Shown: in pieces, positions 1-12,306 of the stretch
Numbering within the stretch: position 1 is the first letter of the stretch
Layout of the letters: each line of letters starts with the position of its first letter
DNA from: the human T2T-CHM13v2.0 reference genome, Homo sapiens
DNA length: 64,000 nt
Strand: one strand, 5' to 3'
NCBI RefSeq assembly: GCF_009914755.1
Contig: NC_060944.1
Notes under the pieces: model-generated
Told to the model about the DNA's origin: nothing
What the model saw: the letters and a program-made list of their open reading frames with translations, nothing else
Databases searched by the model: none
Translations under genes and position numbers: made by a program

Positions 1-279
1 TGAGAGCCGCTGGTCTGTAGCATGGATTCTGTTATCTGTGTGTGTGTGCCTCCCTCCCTCCCACTGGGACAGAAGATCCCTGGGTACAGGGACTCTGTTT
101 TGTTCACTGCTGGACCTTCAGTGCCTATAAAACAGCACACAGGTGCTCAACAAATAGCTGCTGCGGGAATGACGAGGCCAGGGGGAGCCTGAGTAAGTGG
201 GCAAGGGCTCCCTCGACCCGGCCTGGGCGGGCACCAGTGGGTGGGCCAGCGGGGCCGCCCTCCCGCCCCACTCACTCAC

Positions 280-500
280 CACTGTGGCTGGCGAGAGCAG
301 GGACTGGCAGTGCAGCAGGACGCCCGTGGCCGCCACCTGCTCCAGCCACTTGCGGCTGGCGTCGCGGCTGCTCTCCTCGTACTCGCCATTGTTGTTGTAG
401 CGGTAGCCCAGGGCCGCCAGCAGCTGCTCGGAGAAGGTGCACACGGCGGCCACCAGGGCCTGGCAGAAGATCGCGTCTCTGCGCAGCTGCAGCTCCGTGT
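280..500 (-). CDS. PREX1: PREX1 exon 32 (221 nt), IP4P-like region
   Basis: cag|ACACG...AGTG|gtgagt; [74 protein letters not shown]. Confidence 0.96.
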
Positions 501-1527
501 CTGGGGGCAGAGGGCAGGAGGCCTTGCTGGAGGGGCGCTCCCGTGCCACCAGGAGGCCCACCCCCCAAAACCCTGGGTCCAGGACCCCTCATGGAACCCC
601 CAGCAAAGGGCTAACATCAGGCCAGAAATTACTTTTTGGTGGACATCCCAGCCACCAAAAGCCAATTCCACAAAAATCAATTCTACGAAAAGCAAGCCCA
701 TTTGCCAAAACTGTTCTCTCAGTGACTCATCTGCCTGCTTTGAAAACCAAACAAACAAACAAACACCTTGTGATTTTCCTAAGGGTTTCCCAAGACCCTC
801 ACCCTCAGCCATTTCTCCTCTCATTATGGGATTCCTTGGCCTTGGCCAGTAGAATGCCAATGGTGCTAAGCTCTTCTGCCAAGCTGCACATGTTCAGAAA
901 TGCAGTTTAGCATTTTCTCTATTTTGGAGAACTATGCTTTCTTCCTTCCCCCACCTCTGCCCTTGCCCCTGTCCTTGACCTTGGCATGGTCTGAAGAACT
1001 GGCCAGTTTCAAGCAATTGGTCTCTCAGGGTCCCAATCTTCTGGAAGGAATTATTTCCAATGGCCGGCTTCTGGCCAGTGAGTTTTTTAGTGACCAAATT
1101 TGACCCAGATCCTGCAGTAGCACCCCCTTGGCTAATTTCTAGAAAGAAGGCAGGGATAGAGAAGGTCTCCAAGATTCTCCCGCTACCTCCTCCCCCTTCC
1201 TCTTCCCCACTCTCTGCTGGGTGGAAGCCCCCAGGCTGGGGCTGAAGGCTCTACCGGCACAAGGCCCCCTAACATCGTCCTCTATCCCGGGGCCCCGTCA
1301 ACATCCACCCAGGCCTGGGCAGTGGCACAGGACAGGGCTCCTGGCTCCAGTGCCCTGAGACTTGTCCCTTGGACACAAGAGGAAGAAGCAAGTTTCAAGT
1401 AGCTCTTGGAGGGGCTCCAGGCCAAAGCGTTGCCTCCCCCCGTCCAGGCCCCGAGGGCATGGATGGTCGGCCTTGGGTGGTGGAAGAGGCCGGGTATGTG
1501 CCCCCCACACACCTTTAAAGGCCTCAC

Positions 1528-1569
1528 CTGTGCACTTCAGCAAGGCCAGGAGCAGCTGGTTCTTCCCAT
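1528..1569 (-). CDS. PREX1: PREX1 exon 31 (42 nt)
   Basis: cag|ATGGG...ACAG|gtgagg; DGKNQLLLALLKCT. Confidence 0.95.
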
Positions 1570-1881
1570 CTGGAAGGAGAAGGGAGACAGAAAGGGGGAC
1601 GGGCTGGGAGGGGGCAGCAAGAGGTGAGGGCAGAACCGGGCCCCTCCCCATGGCACCTCCCAAGGTGCTCTGACCCTTCACAGCAAAGCCCTGGCACCCA
1701 AGGCTGTGCTCAAGGAGGTTTTATTGATTGTCAGGTAAACTCCAGGAACCCCTGACCTCAGGCAGTGGAACCCCAACTGTGAGCCCCATCTGTACGTGCA
1801 AGCCTGGGACACAGATGGAACCAGCCCCTTTAATCCCTGGGCCACAGCCCCTGCCCCACACCTTGTTCACATAAGTATGGT

Positions 1882-2172
1882 CACACACACGTACAACCTA
1901 GATACACACGTATCCATACACACACACACTCACACATCAACAGACACCCAAGTGCATGCCACACACAGAGACACACACATATACTCATACGTAGACTCAC
2001 ATATGTACACACGCAGGTACACATGCGCCCACACAAGCACACAGCAGACACACAAGTGCACACCACACACGTGCACTCATCTGCAGACTCACATACATAT
2101 GTACACACACAGGTACACACACATCCACACAGACACACAACAGACACACGAGTGCACACATAAGACACACAC
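1882..2172. repeat. Degenerate (CA)-rich low-complexity tract
   Basis: Interrupted cacacac runs throughout. Confidence 0.8.
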
Positions 2173-2437
2173 TCCTAACAGCCTCACATACATATTCTCA
2201 TCCTACATGGGCATGGCCCTACACACGCCCTGTCCTGCAAAAAAAGCTCAATTCTTCCAGGCCCAACATCCTGTTCTCTTTCCTTAAAAAAGATGCTCCT
2301 CGGCCCACAAAAGGGCTTAGAAAGATGTGGAAGGGCTTTGGATTTGGTTTATTAGGTGCCTTCTTCCCCAGGGAGGACTGCAGGACTCAGGGCTGGGCAG
2401 GGTAAGAACGAGAGCAGCTGCAGTGGTGCGCTCTTGT

Positions 2438-2548
2438 CAGGACTCACCACGCCAGGCACCACGGCAGGACTCACCACGCCAGGCAGCCAGGCCAGAACTC
2501 ACCACACCAGGAAGCCAGGCCAGGAGTCACCACGCCAGGCAGCCAGGG
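2438..2548. repeat. Tandem repeat, 4 x 27-28 bp (caggactcaccacgccaggcagccaggc)
   Basis: Four directly adjacent near-identical units. Confidence 0.85.
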
Positions 2549-2888
2549 CACTGAGCGCATGACCTATGCTGACTCATTTAATCCTCCTGACCACACGGGA
2601 AGGAGGCAGCACTGTGGGCCCATTTGACACAGGAAGAAGCTAAGGCCAGAGGCGTCAAGGAACTCGCCATGATCACACAGCCAGTAAGTGGGTGAGCTGG
2701 GATTCAAGCCCTGGTGGTCTGGACCCAGAGTCGATGCTCCTCACTGGTTACACTTTTGGAGAACAGGACAGATCAGAAGCAGCAGAGACTCCGACTCAGA
2801 GGCTGCCATTCCCCGAGGGAACAGCCCAGAGTCCTCTAATCTCCCACTGTCCTGGTCAAACATCTCCCTCGTCCGGATCCTTCTAACG

Positions 2889-3225
2889 CAGGAGTCTCAG
2901 ACGCAAATGCCGGCAAGGGCCAGGCAGGTGATGTAAGATGCGTGGAGCAGATGCCAAGCCACAGGGAGTGGTGGAGACTGGGGTGAACTGGAAAGCACCT
3001 CGGCCCCACGTACACAGAGCGGCCGCCACTCCTCTCCACCAAGGGAGGATGGGAGACTGGGCCTAGAGTCACCAGATCTTCGTGTTGTTCAAGAGCAGCC
3101 AGAAATCCAAGTTTCTATGTGAGAACCTTTGTCAAGCTGGAAGCAGAGTCACAGTTTTTGCTGCTGCAGCATCGAAACCTATCTGTGGGCCTGAATCTGG
3201 TCAGTGGGCTGCCAGCCGGTGTCCC
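2889..3225 (+). mobile_element. MER102-like hAT-Charlie DNA transposon remnant
   Basis: cagga..tctcagacgcaaatgcc..gggccaggcaggt start, accagatcttc..ttcaagagcagccagaaatcc core; related copies near 18650-18940 (-) and 47425-47730 (+). Confidence 0.55.
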
Positions 3226-3582
3226 TCATACCCTGATAATAACAGGAACTCACACATCCAATGCTTTGGAAGCTGAGAAAGAACAGGTTCAGCCTTTTCA
3301 ACCTCCAAAGTCAGGGCTTTGTTTTGTTTTGTTTTGTTTCTGATTTTTGTTTTGATAGAGACAGGGTCTCACTATGTTGCCCAGGTCTCAAACTCCTGGG
3401 CTCAAGTCACATCCTGCCCAGGGCAGGACACTCAGCTGAGAGAGGGCATCACTTCTCTTGTCCTCTCCCTGGTCATGGAGAAACAGGGGTCACAGAACTG
3501 GATCCATTCCTGATTCTCTCAGGTTCCACACCAAAAGCCATGGCCCCCTCCCCACCATGATGCACCCTCCCTGCCCACTGAC

Positions 3583-3711
3583 CTTCCACATATCTCTGAA
3601 TGTTGTCCACCAGGGTCTTGATGGAGTTGGGGAGGTTCCAGGGGTCCTCCTGGATGCTAATCTGGATCAGGCTCCGGCCACGGATTGTACACTCTTCTTT
3701 CTGTTTAAACT
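3583..3711 (-). CDS. PREX1: PREX1 exon 30 (129 nt)
   Basis: cag|AGTTT...GAAG|gtcagt; [43 protein letters not shown]. Confidence 0.96.
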
Positions 3712-4559
3712 CTGGGGCAGGAAAGTGGCATGAGGGCCAGGGAAGGGACGGAGGTAGCGTTGGAGAACGGTGGCACAAAGGCCTATGTCCCATCACAGAT
3801 CCCAGAGCTCATAATCCTAGATCAAGGGAGCTGGCAGGACTCCTGGGCATTATCGGGTCCACAGAGGGTAAGTGTGCTATTTCATGGTACCACACCCATG
3901 GCAGGCATTATTCATCAATCTCAGCACTCCTTCCTGCTGCTCTGAGACCAAGACTCCCCACAGCTATAGCCAATCCAGTGCAGACCTCACAAATCAATCA
4001 CGGCTTTCCTTTCGTCTAAGCCTGGATGTTGTAGCCACAGAAGGATTCTCAGGAACTACCTCCTCATAGCCACAACCAATTGAGATGGCACATGAGTTCT
4101 ATCCCTTTCCCTACACAGAGGAGGAAGCCCACACACAGAGTGGGAAAGTGACATGCCTTAAGTCATGCAACTGGGCAGTGACAGCGCTGGGACTTACCTC
4201 TGGCCCCACCATTCAGAGGCCAGGAAGAAAAAGGCCCCTGCAAAAGACAAAGGCTCTTTCCTCCTGCAAGGTCCCAGTTTCTGAGATATTTGTGGGTTTG
4301 CTGTTTCTGCTTTCTGAGGTCCATCCCTGAAAGCTGATCCTGAGACAGCAGGATGTGCAGCTGAGCTGGGGAGCCCCAAGTCCTCACCACTTCCCACCCT
4401 CTCTTGGTGGCAACTGCCCATCTGCATTTCTATCTCCTACAATCTACAATGAGCTCCTTGAGGTCAGGGCAGTATCAAATTCATCTCAGGGTCTCCAGTG
4501 CCCAGTACAAGGCCTGGCACAAGCTGGTTCTGGGAAATTATTTACTGGATGTACAGAAG

Positions 4560-4960
4560 CATGAATGGACAGGTGGATGGATGAATGAATGGGTAGAAGG
4601 GTGAAAGAGTGGGCACACAGATGGAAGGAGGGAAGGATGGATGGATGGACAGACAAGAAGATGGATGGATGGATGGGTAGGTGGGTAGATGGATGGATGG
4701 GTGGGTGGGTGGGTGGGTGGATGGATAGATGGTAAGTGGGTAGTTGGGTGGAGGGGTGGATGGACGGATGGATTGATGGGTGCATGGGTGGCTGAGTGGG
4801 TGAATGGATGGATAGCTAGATGATAAATGGATGAGTGGATGGATAGATGGGTGGATAGATGGATAGACAGTGGGAGGGTAGATGGGTGGATGCACGGATA
4901 GTAGGTTGGGTGGATGAGTAGGGTGGGTAGGTGGGTAAATGGGAGGAGAGGTAGGTGGGA
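4560..4960. repeat. Degenerate (TGGA/TGGG)n simple repeat
   Basis: Long ggatggatgggtgg tract. Confidence 0.85.
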
Positions 4961-5322
4961 GAACATAAGAAATTTCAATTCCTTTTCTCTCAATCATTTC
5001 AAGAAGAAAGCCTCAATTTGGTGTTGGTAAGCCCTTAACACTTCTTTAATTCACAAATCCCTCTCTTAAATGAAGAACAAAGAGCCCTTGGCAGGCAACA
5101 GTGCCTAACTGCGGTATAATGATATTTCGTTGCCGTTGTTTGCATTTAATTTATCATTATCATTATGGTTTATCATCAAATTTTGGCATATTATGCTGGC
5201 TTTTCATATATAGGGAGTTCAATAAGGTCCTTTCAAAATTAAATTTTTTAAGAGTGATACTTTTTAAAAAGTGATGTCAATAATAAGAAAAAAATGAGTA
5301 TGGTTTAAAAGACATGAAGGAA

Positions 5323-5616
5323 GGCTGGGCACAGTGGCTCATACCTGGAATCCCAGCACTTTGGGAGGCCAAGGCAGGAGGACCACTTGAGCCCAGGAGT
5401 TCAAAACCAGCCATGGCTACAAGGCAAACCATGTCTCTACCAAAAAAAAAAAATCCAAAATTAGCCAGGAGAAGTGGCGTGCACCTGTAGTCCCAGCTAC
5501 TTAGGAGGCTGAGTTGTGAGGATAACTTGAGCCTGGGAGGTCAAGGCTGCAGTGAGCTGTGATCATACCACTGTACTCCAGCCTGAGTGATAGAGTGAGA
5601 CCCTTTCTCCAAAAAA
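5323..5616 (+). mobile_element. Alu (J-like)
   Basis: ggctgggcacagtggctcatacctggaatcccagcactttggg...ccagcctgagtgatagagtgagacc + A tail. Confidence 0.9.
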
Positions 5617-5620
5617 CAAG

Positions 5621-5660
<40 letters not shown>

Positions 5661-5765
5661 GAAGGAAGGAAGGAAGGAAGGAAGGAAGGAAGGAAGGAAA
5701 AGAAACAGGAGGGGAGGGAAGGGGAGGGGAGGGGAAGGGGAAAGGTCAAAAGAAAAAGAAAAAGA
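5617..5765. repeat. Polypurine compound microsatellite (GAAA)n(GA)n(GGAA)10
   Basis: Directly visible; (GGAA)10 at 5660-5699. Confidence 0.9.
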
Positions 5766-5957
5766 ACCATTCTTGGCTCAGAGCCTACAAAAACAGGTCA
5801 TGGACTGGATGTGGCCCATGGGCTAAAATCGCTGTCCTGATGATCCTACAGTCGTTCAGCAGTAAGAGGGCAGAGCTGAGCATTAGCCCGGGTACGCCGC
5901 CCTGTCTAACACCCTTCCCCATCGCAGGCTGTCACCTTGGACTGGCTATCCCCTCAC

Positions 5958-6048
5958 CTTGTAAGCTGTGGTTCATAGGGAAATGCTTGGTCTCTTCGAA
6001 AGCCCGGCTCATGATTGGCCCCTTGAGGAGAGCATTGATGGAGTCCAC
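5958..6048 (-). CDS. PREX1: PREX1 exon 29 (91 nt)
   Basis: cag|GTGGAC...CAAG|gtgagg; [30 protein letters not shown]. Confidence 0.95.
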
Positions 6049-6196
6049 CTGGGTGGCAAGAAGCCTGGGGTTGGTTTGGGCCCCGTGGCCCTACACACTG
6101 CAGACATCTGGGACCCACAGCCCCCGGGTCATGGGCCCTCCCCAGGTGTGACAGGAGGAACCCAAAGTTGCGCCAGGAGTGGGGCAAAGGTCCTAC

Positions 6197-6279
6197 CTGG
6201 TTAAAGAGGTGCTCCAGGCAGCCATGAAGCTTGTCCTGCTTGTCAGATGGGATCCGCATGTCACAGGGCAGCTCATCTC
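6197..6279 (-). CDS. PREX1: PREX1 exon 28 (83 nt)
   Basis: cag|GAGAT...CCAG|gtagga; [27 protein letters not shown]. Confidence 0.96.
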
Positions 6280-6996
6280 CTGGCAGGAGGTAGAAGCAGC
6301 AGCCATCAGTCATTCCTGCCCCACCTCACACCATCCCCAGCACTTTCCTAAGAGGGGGATACAGCTACAGAACTCCAAACCCACAAGGGATGTGGAGTCT
6401 GAAGACCAGGTCCTGGCTGTGAGCCACAGGGCAAATCACCTGACCTCTCTGAGCCTCAGTTTCTTCATCTGCAAAATGGACAACAGGCACTAACGCATGA
6501 CAAGATTGTAAAGCACTGCTACTGTTTCCATTCTGCAAATGAGGGACTGAGGAACAGAGAAAAGGACCTGGAGGCCACGTCTCCTGATTCCTCACCCAGC
6601 TGGTTCAGTTACATCAGCTGTCACACCCAACTCCTTCCTAGAGCCACCTGGGGACAGTTTGTGCAGTTGACTATCTTATGTGATGAAATCTGTATCTAAA
6701 GTTCAACAATTTCTTCCATTTTACTTGAGCTTCTTTTTCTTCTGTTAATTGAAGTATAATTAAAATTAAATTTTTATGCACAGACTATCTCTGAAAAGAC
6801 ACACAAGACTGCAGTGACAGTGGGAACAGCAGTGACAGCCTGAGAACCAAGGGTGGGGGGGAGACTTGTCACCATGCACCCTCCGGGGCCTTCTGAATTA
6901 TGTACCATGTGGATACACAACCCATTTGCAAAATGAACTGCTTTAAAGTCTGAAGTAAACAAGACTAAAATAAAAAACAATTTCAGGCTTTCAGTA

Positions 6997-7317
<321 letters not shown>

Positions 7318-7450
7318 CTATGTCTGTCTATCCATCCATCCACCCACCTGCCCATCCATGCATTCACAGGCCCCACCAATGAGCTCCAAATGCTGGCGAG
7401 GGTCATTTCTGGGGGAGATGATAAGACTCTCATTCATTTTTATGGACTTC

Positions 7451-7766
7451 TTTTTGTTGTTTGTTTGTTTGCTTGTTTCTTGAGATGGAGTCTCACTCTG
7501 TCACCCAGGCTGGAGTGCAGTGGCATGATCTGAGTCCACTGCAACCTCCCCCTCCCAAGTTCAAGTGATTCTCCTGCCTCAGCCTCCCAAATAGCTGGGA
7601 TTACAGGTGCGTGCACCACCACACCCAGCTAATTTTTTGTATTTTTAGTAGAGACGGGGTTTCACCATGTTGGCCAGGCTGGTCTCAAACTCCTGACCTA
7701 AAGTGATCCACCTGCCTTGGCCTCCCAAAGTGCTGGGATTACAGGCGTGAGCCACCACGCCCAGCC
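7451..7766 (-). mobile_element. Alu (S-type)
   Basis: gagatggagtctcactctgtcacccaggctgg...gagccaccacgcccagcc. Confidence 0.9.
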
Positions 7767-8198
7767 ATGGGTACTTCTTTGAACTGCTCTGTGTCATTTG
7801 GATTTTCGGTTTACACATGTATCATTTTTACATAAACCATGAGGTCACCCTGTTTAGTTGTCAGCACACGCATCACAACATTCATCGAACATGAAGTACA
7901 CAGAATTGAACCGTGCATGCTTCCATTTGCTCCATCTCCATGACATTCACGGAGAACATCAGCTCTAAGAGGGCGGAGATGTTTGTTTCTTTCGCTGCCG
8001 CATTCCCAGTGCCCAGCACATAATATGGGCTCAAGAAATACTTGTTGAATGACTGAATGGAAGGAAATCAAGTACAGGACCATGCAATAAAACACAAAAC
8101 AATATAATGCAGAGGAAAGTATAATAAAATAAACTAAAACTAAATCTCATGGGGAGGAGCCTCTCTCCCTGAGCACAGGCCGCTGCCGCTCCACTCAC

Positions 8199-8287
8199 CA
8201 GACCCCATCTCGTCGCTGCCCAAGTAGGAGCTGTTACTTCTCACGCTGGTGTAGGACAGGACCGAGTCCCGATTGCTGTTACACTCG
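8199..8287 (-). CDS. PREX1: PREX1 exon 27 (89 nt)
   Basis: cag|CGAG...TCTG|gtgagt; [29 protein letters not shown]. Confidence 0.95.
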
Positions 8288-9640
8288 CTGCAAAGGGGCC
8301 CAGAGAAGGGGCTGAGTCACCCTGAGCTCAGGCCATCTGGTCCTGGCACCCAAAACCCACTTTCTACAGTGTAGACAAAACCCCTGGGCCCTCAGGTGGG
8401 CGTGCAGCCCAGAGAGGGCACCGAGCACCGGTCCTGGGTCCCAAAGGCAGGGAAGGCCGGCCTGGTGGGTTTTCCACGCCTGAGGGCTGGGAAACGTTTC
8501 TAGGCTCTAGCACAGAAACACAGAAATAGGAGGAAGACGGTGAATCATTTTCACGCAGGTGTCACTCTGTCCAGTGTCCCCAGGGGACAGCCTTGCCCTG
8601 AGACACCTGCCCATTCCACAGGGCTCTGTCTTCCGTCTCCTCAGCCCCCAGCCTGGCTGGAAACCTCATGAGGACAGGGACTGGATTGGATTCCCTACGG
8701 CCCAGGAACTCGGAAGGTGTGGGAGATCAAAACCCAGGATCCTGACATTTTTTCCTTCACCTTTTTGAAAATTAAAGGAAAAACTGGAGGACCCAAAAAT
8801 GTAAGAATGAAATCCCAGAGAGAGGGCAAAATCTGAGACTATGGACATGAGGCTCTGGGGGCACAAAGTGCCGCAGCAGCCAGATACAGACGCCAGGCGA
8901 GCAGCCAACGGGGGATCAGGCAGATCCCTTGACGACTGGAAGAACATTCACGCTGCGAGGACTGGGGGGAAGGTCTGCCTTCTCAAACTGTATCAGTTCT
9001 GATTTTTGCCCACAAACAGTTGAAGCACCCTCTAAGATTCCACTGTAACCACCATGGGCAAATGTGATGTCACCTTTCACTGGGACCACAGTGCTGGTTT
9101 ATCTGCAGTAAGGAATTAAACTTACCCATTATATGGCTTATTACAGGAAACTGAGTTTTAGTCTATTTAACCAACTAGTTAGGACCTCACTGATCTTGTT
9201 ATAATTAACCAGTAGAAAATTTAGATCTTCTCAGGTTAGGAGGGGAAAAAACTGCACTCTTCCTCCTTGGACCAAATAAACATAAATAGTGCTTGTTTCA
9301 GAAACCGTATGTCTTACACTGAGTTTGCAAACACACCACAGAATCTTGCCCTTGTGCCTGACAACATCGTGTCAGCATGTGTGGGGTGACACTGAGGCAG
9401 AACAGATGGGTCCACGTGGGGACAACCCTAAAATGTCAGCTTTGCAACTGGGGAGCCTAAGTGGGTCTTCCAGGCTCAGGGGTCTCAGATAATCCCCCAG
9501 AACCACGCTATCAGCAACAGCACCCTGAGCCCACTGCACCCTGAGAAGTGTCCACTGATTCTGATGTTGCCACGGGTCCGTGGCCTCACCTGTCCAGGGC
9601 CATCCTCATCTAACCTCAGCCCCCTGACGGTGACACCCAC

Positions 9641-9847
9641 CTGTAGGAGTCGCGATAACTCATGGTGTCGTGGCCTGAGTCCTCCTGGTCCTCCTCGGCC
9701 ACCTTGAAGCACACCTTCTTGATGCCCCCATGGTCACTCCTGTCCATCTCGCTCTCTTCACTGACCAGGGGCAGGGAGGAGGCCTCCTCAGCCAAGGATG
9801 CGTCGCAGGACCCACCCGAGGTGGGCTCTGTGATGGTGGACAGCAGC
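9641..9847 (-). CDS. PREX1: PREX1 exon 26 (207 nt); encodes RVxF-type PP1 docking motif KVCF and S1165/S1169
   Basis: tag|GCTGC...ACAG|gtgggt; [21 protein letters not shown]...[29 protein letters not shown]. Confidence 0.95.
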
Positions 9848-10004
9848 CTACGGAAGCAAAGACCTTGAAGTCAAAGATACAGGCCTGGCCCTTTGTGTCC
9901 CTTCCCTGAAAATCCCACCAGCAGCTGCAGGTGTGAGCACTGGCCCTCCTGTTGGGGGTGGGAGACTCGCAAGTTCTTTCACGGCCAAGCTACACAAGGC
10001 TCTA

Positions 10005-10465
10005 CCAGAAGGTGAGGCAGGAAGCCTTTCCTGTGTAGACCCTGAGAGCAAATCCTTCCACCTCAATAGGCTGTAGGGTCTCAGTGACAACCATTCAACC
10101 TGCTGTTGCAGTGGGAAAGACCTGGACAGTGTGGAAGCAAATGGGCGTGGCTGTGTTCCAATGACACCTTGTTTAAAAATGAAAACAATCAGCTGGGCGC
10201 AGTGGTTCACACCTGTAATCCCAGTACTTTGGGAGGCTGAGGTGGGCTGATCACCTGAGGTCAGGAGTTTGAGACCAGCCTGGCCAACATGGCCAACATG
10301 GCGAAACCCTGTCTCTACTAACAAACAAAAATTAACTGGGTGTGGTGGCGGGCGCCTGTAATCCCAGCTACTCGGGAGGCTCGTATGAGAATCGCTTGAA
10401 CCTGGGAGGCGGAGGTTGAAGTGAGCCAAGATCGCACCACTGCACAGAGCGAGAGAACCCATCTC

Positions 10466-10496
<31 letters not shown>

Positions 10497-10557
10497 AGAA
10501 AACAATAGGCTGAAGTCTGGACTGGGCCCCTAGGCCATAGCTCATCAATCCCCACTG
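10005..10557 (+). mobile_element. MER58-like DNA transposon interrupted by an Alu
   Basis: aaatgggcgtggctgtgttccaat motif before the Alu, and a matching 3' end after it. Confidence 0.55.
10191..10500 (+). mobile_element. Alu (S-type) with internal duplication ggccaacatggccaacatgg
   Basis: Alu consensus; short flanking repeat aaaacaat. Confidence 0.9.
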
Positions 10558-10747
10558 CAGGGTGTGACGGTTAAGAGCACAGGTTTTGAAGCTAGCTAAA
10601 CCCCAGATTCAAATCCCAGTATTGCCATTCCTCAAGCTAATTATTTAAACTCTCGGAGACTCTGTTTCCTCATATGTAAAATGGGATCATATCAGTATCT
10701 ATATCTTAGGCTTCTGTGACAATTAAGGGAGTTAAAATGTGTAAACA

Positions 10748-11001
10748 GGCTAGGCCCAGGGGCTCACGCCTGTAATCCCAACACTTTGGGAGGCTGAGGC
10801 AGGAGGATCTCTTTAGCTCAAGACTTCAAGACCAGCTGTGAGACCGCATCTCTGTAACAAATACAAAAATTAGCCAGGCATGGCGGCATGTGCCTGTAGT
10901 CCTAGTCACTTGGGAGGCTGAGGCAGGAGGATCACTTGAGCCCAGGAGTTCGAGGCTGTGGCAACCTATGATCACACCATCACACTCTAGCCTGGTGACA
11001 G
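10748..11001 (+). mobile_element. Alu (J-like, truncated)
   Basis: Alu consensus. Confidence 0.85.
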
Positions 11002-11029
11002 TTGGATAAAGTGCTCAGAACAGTGTCTC

Positions 11030-11377
<348 letters not shown>

Positions 11378-11697
11378 CTAGATGCAATCCCACCACATCT
11401 CCACAGTCAGTAGCATGATTAGCCCCATTTGACAAACGAGGAAACCAAGGCTCAGAGTGGTTAAGTGACTTGCCTAAGTTTGCACAGTGGATAAGTAGCA
11501 GGGCCAGGATTTGAACCCAGGCCTCCTGGCTCTAGAGTCTACATTCTTTTTTTCCCTTATCATGGAATATTTCCATCATACACAAAAGTAGAGAGAATAT
11601 CATGAACCCAGGTATCCAACAGGCAGCTTCAACAACAGCCACTCAGGGTCCACCTTGTTTCCCCCATGATCCCCATCACTTTTTATTTCCCTGGAGC

Positions 11698-11995
11698 ATT
11701 TTGTTTTGTTTTGAGACAGGGTCTCGTTCTTTCACCCAGGCTGGAGTGCAGTGGTGCAATCATGGCTTACTGCAGCCTCGATCTTCTGGGCTCAAGTCAT
11801 CCTGCCTCAGCACACTGAGGAGCTGGGACAACAGGTGTATGCCATCACACCTGGCTAATTTTAGGATTTTTTTTTAATAGAGATAGGGTTTCACTACGTT
11901 GCCCAGGCTGGTCTCAAAGTCCTGGGCTCAAGGAATCCCTCCAACTCAGCCTCCCAAAGTGCTGAAATTACAGGCATGAGCCACTGTACCCAGCC
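11698..11995 (-). mobile_element. Alu (J-like)
   Basis: gagacagggtctcg...gagccactgtacccagcc. Confidence 0.88.
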
Positions 11996-12090
11996 CACTG
12001 GAGTATTTAAAACAAGTCCAAGATAACACGTAATTCCACCACACCTACTTCCGCAGGTGTCTCTAATACATACAGACTTTCTTTTAAACA

Positions 12091-12306
12091 TGTGGTTCTC
12101 AAGTAGGGGCAATTTTGCCCCCTAGGAAATCTTTAGCTATGTCCAAAGACACTTCTACTTGTCTTAACTGAAGAGGGATTTTGCCACCAGCATCTCGTAG
12201 GTAGAGACCCCAGATGCTGCTGAACATCCTCCGATGCCCAGGACAGCTCCCCAACAAGGAATAATCCAGCCCCAAATGTCACCAGTGTCAAGGGTGAGAG
12301 ACACTG
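12091..12306 (+). mobile_element. MER20 DNA transposon
   Basis: gtggttctcaagtaggggcaattttgcccc...gatgctgctgaacatcct...tgagagacactg. Confidence 0.75.

Noticed and set aside
427-429. Glu at residue 1340 (GAG)
   Set aside because: I recall both K and E being reported at this position, with E common, so it is not informative without a lookup.
42-910. Long + strand ORFs (190, 203, 157 aa) overlapping exon 32
   Set aside because: These are antisense shadows of a GC-rich coding exon, with no recognisable domain or splice structure.
4486-4997. His/Pro/Ser-rich ORFs (also 22738-23233, 1796-2287)
   Set aside because: Translations of simple repeats.
5954-6313. ORF reading from exon 28 through intron 28
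   Set aside because: The 148-nt intron shifts the frame in exon 29; retention would give a truncated, probably NMD-targeted product.
9848-10555. 235-aa ORF and similar ORFs at 41633, 57274, 57728, 25010
   Set aside because: They translate Alu consensus sequence (e.g. [15 protein letters not shown]) and are not genes.
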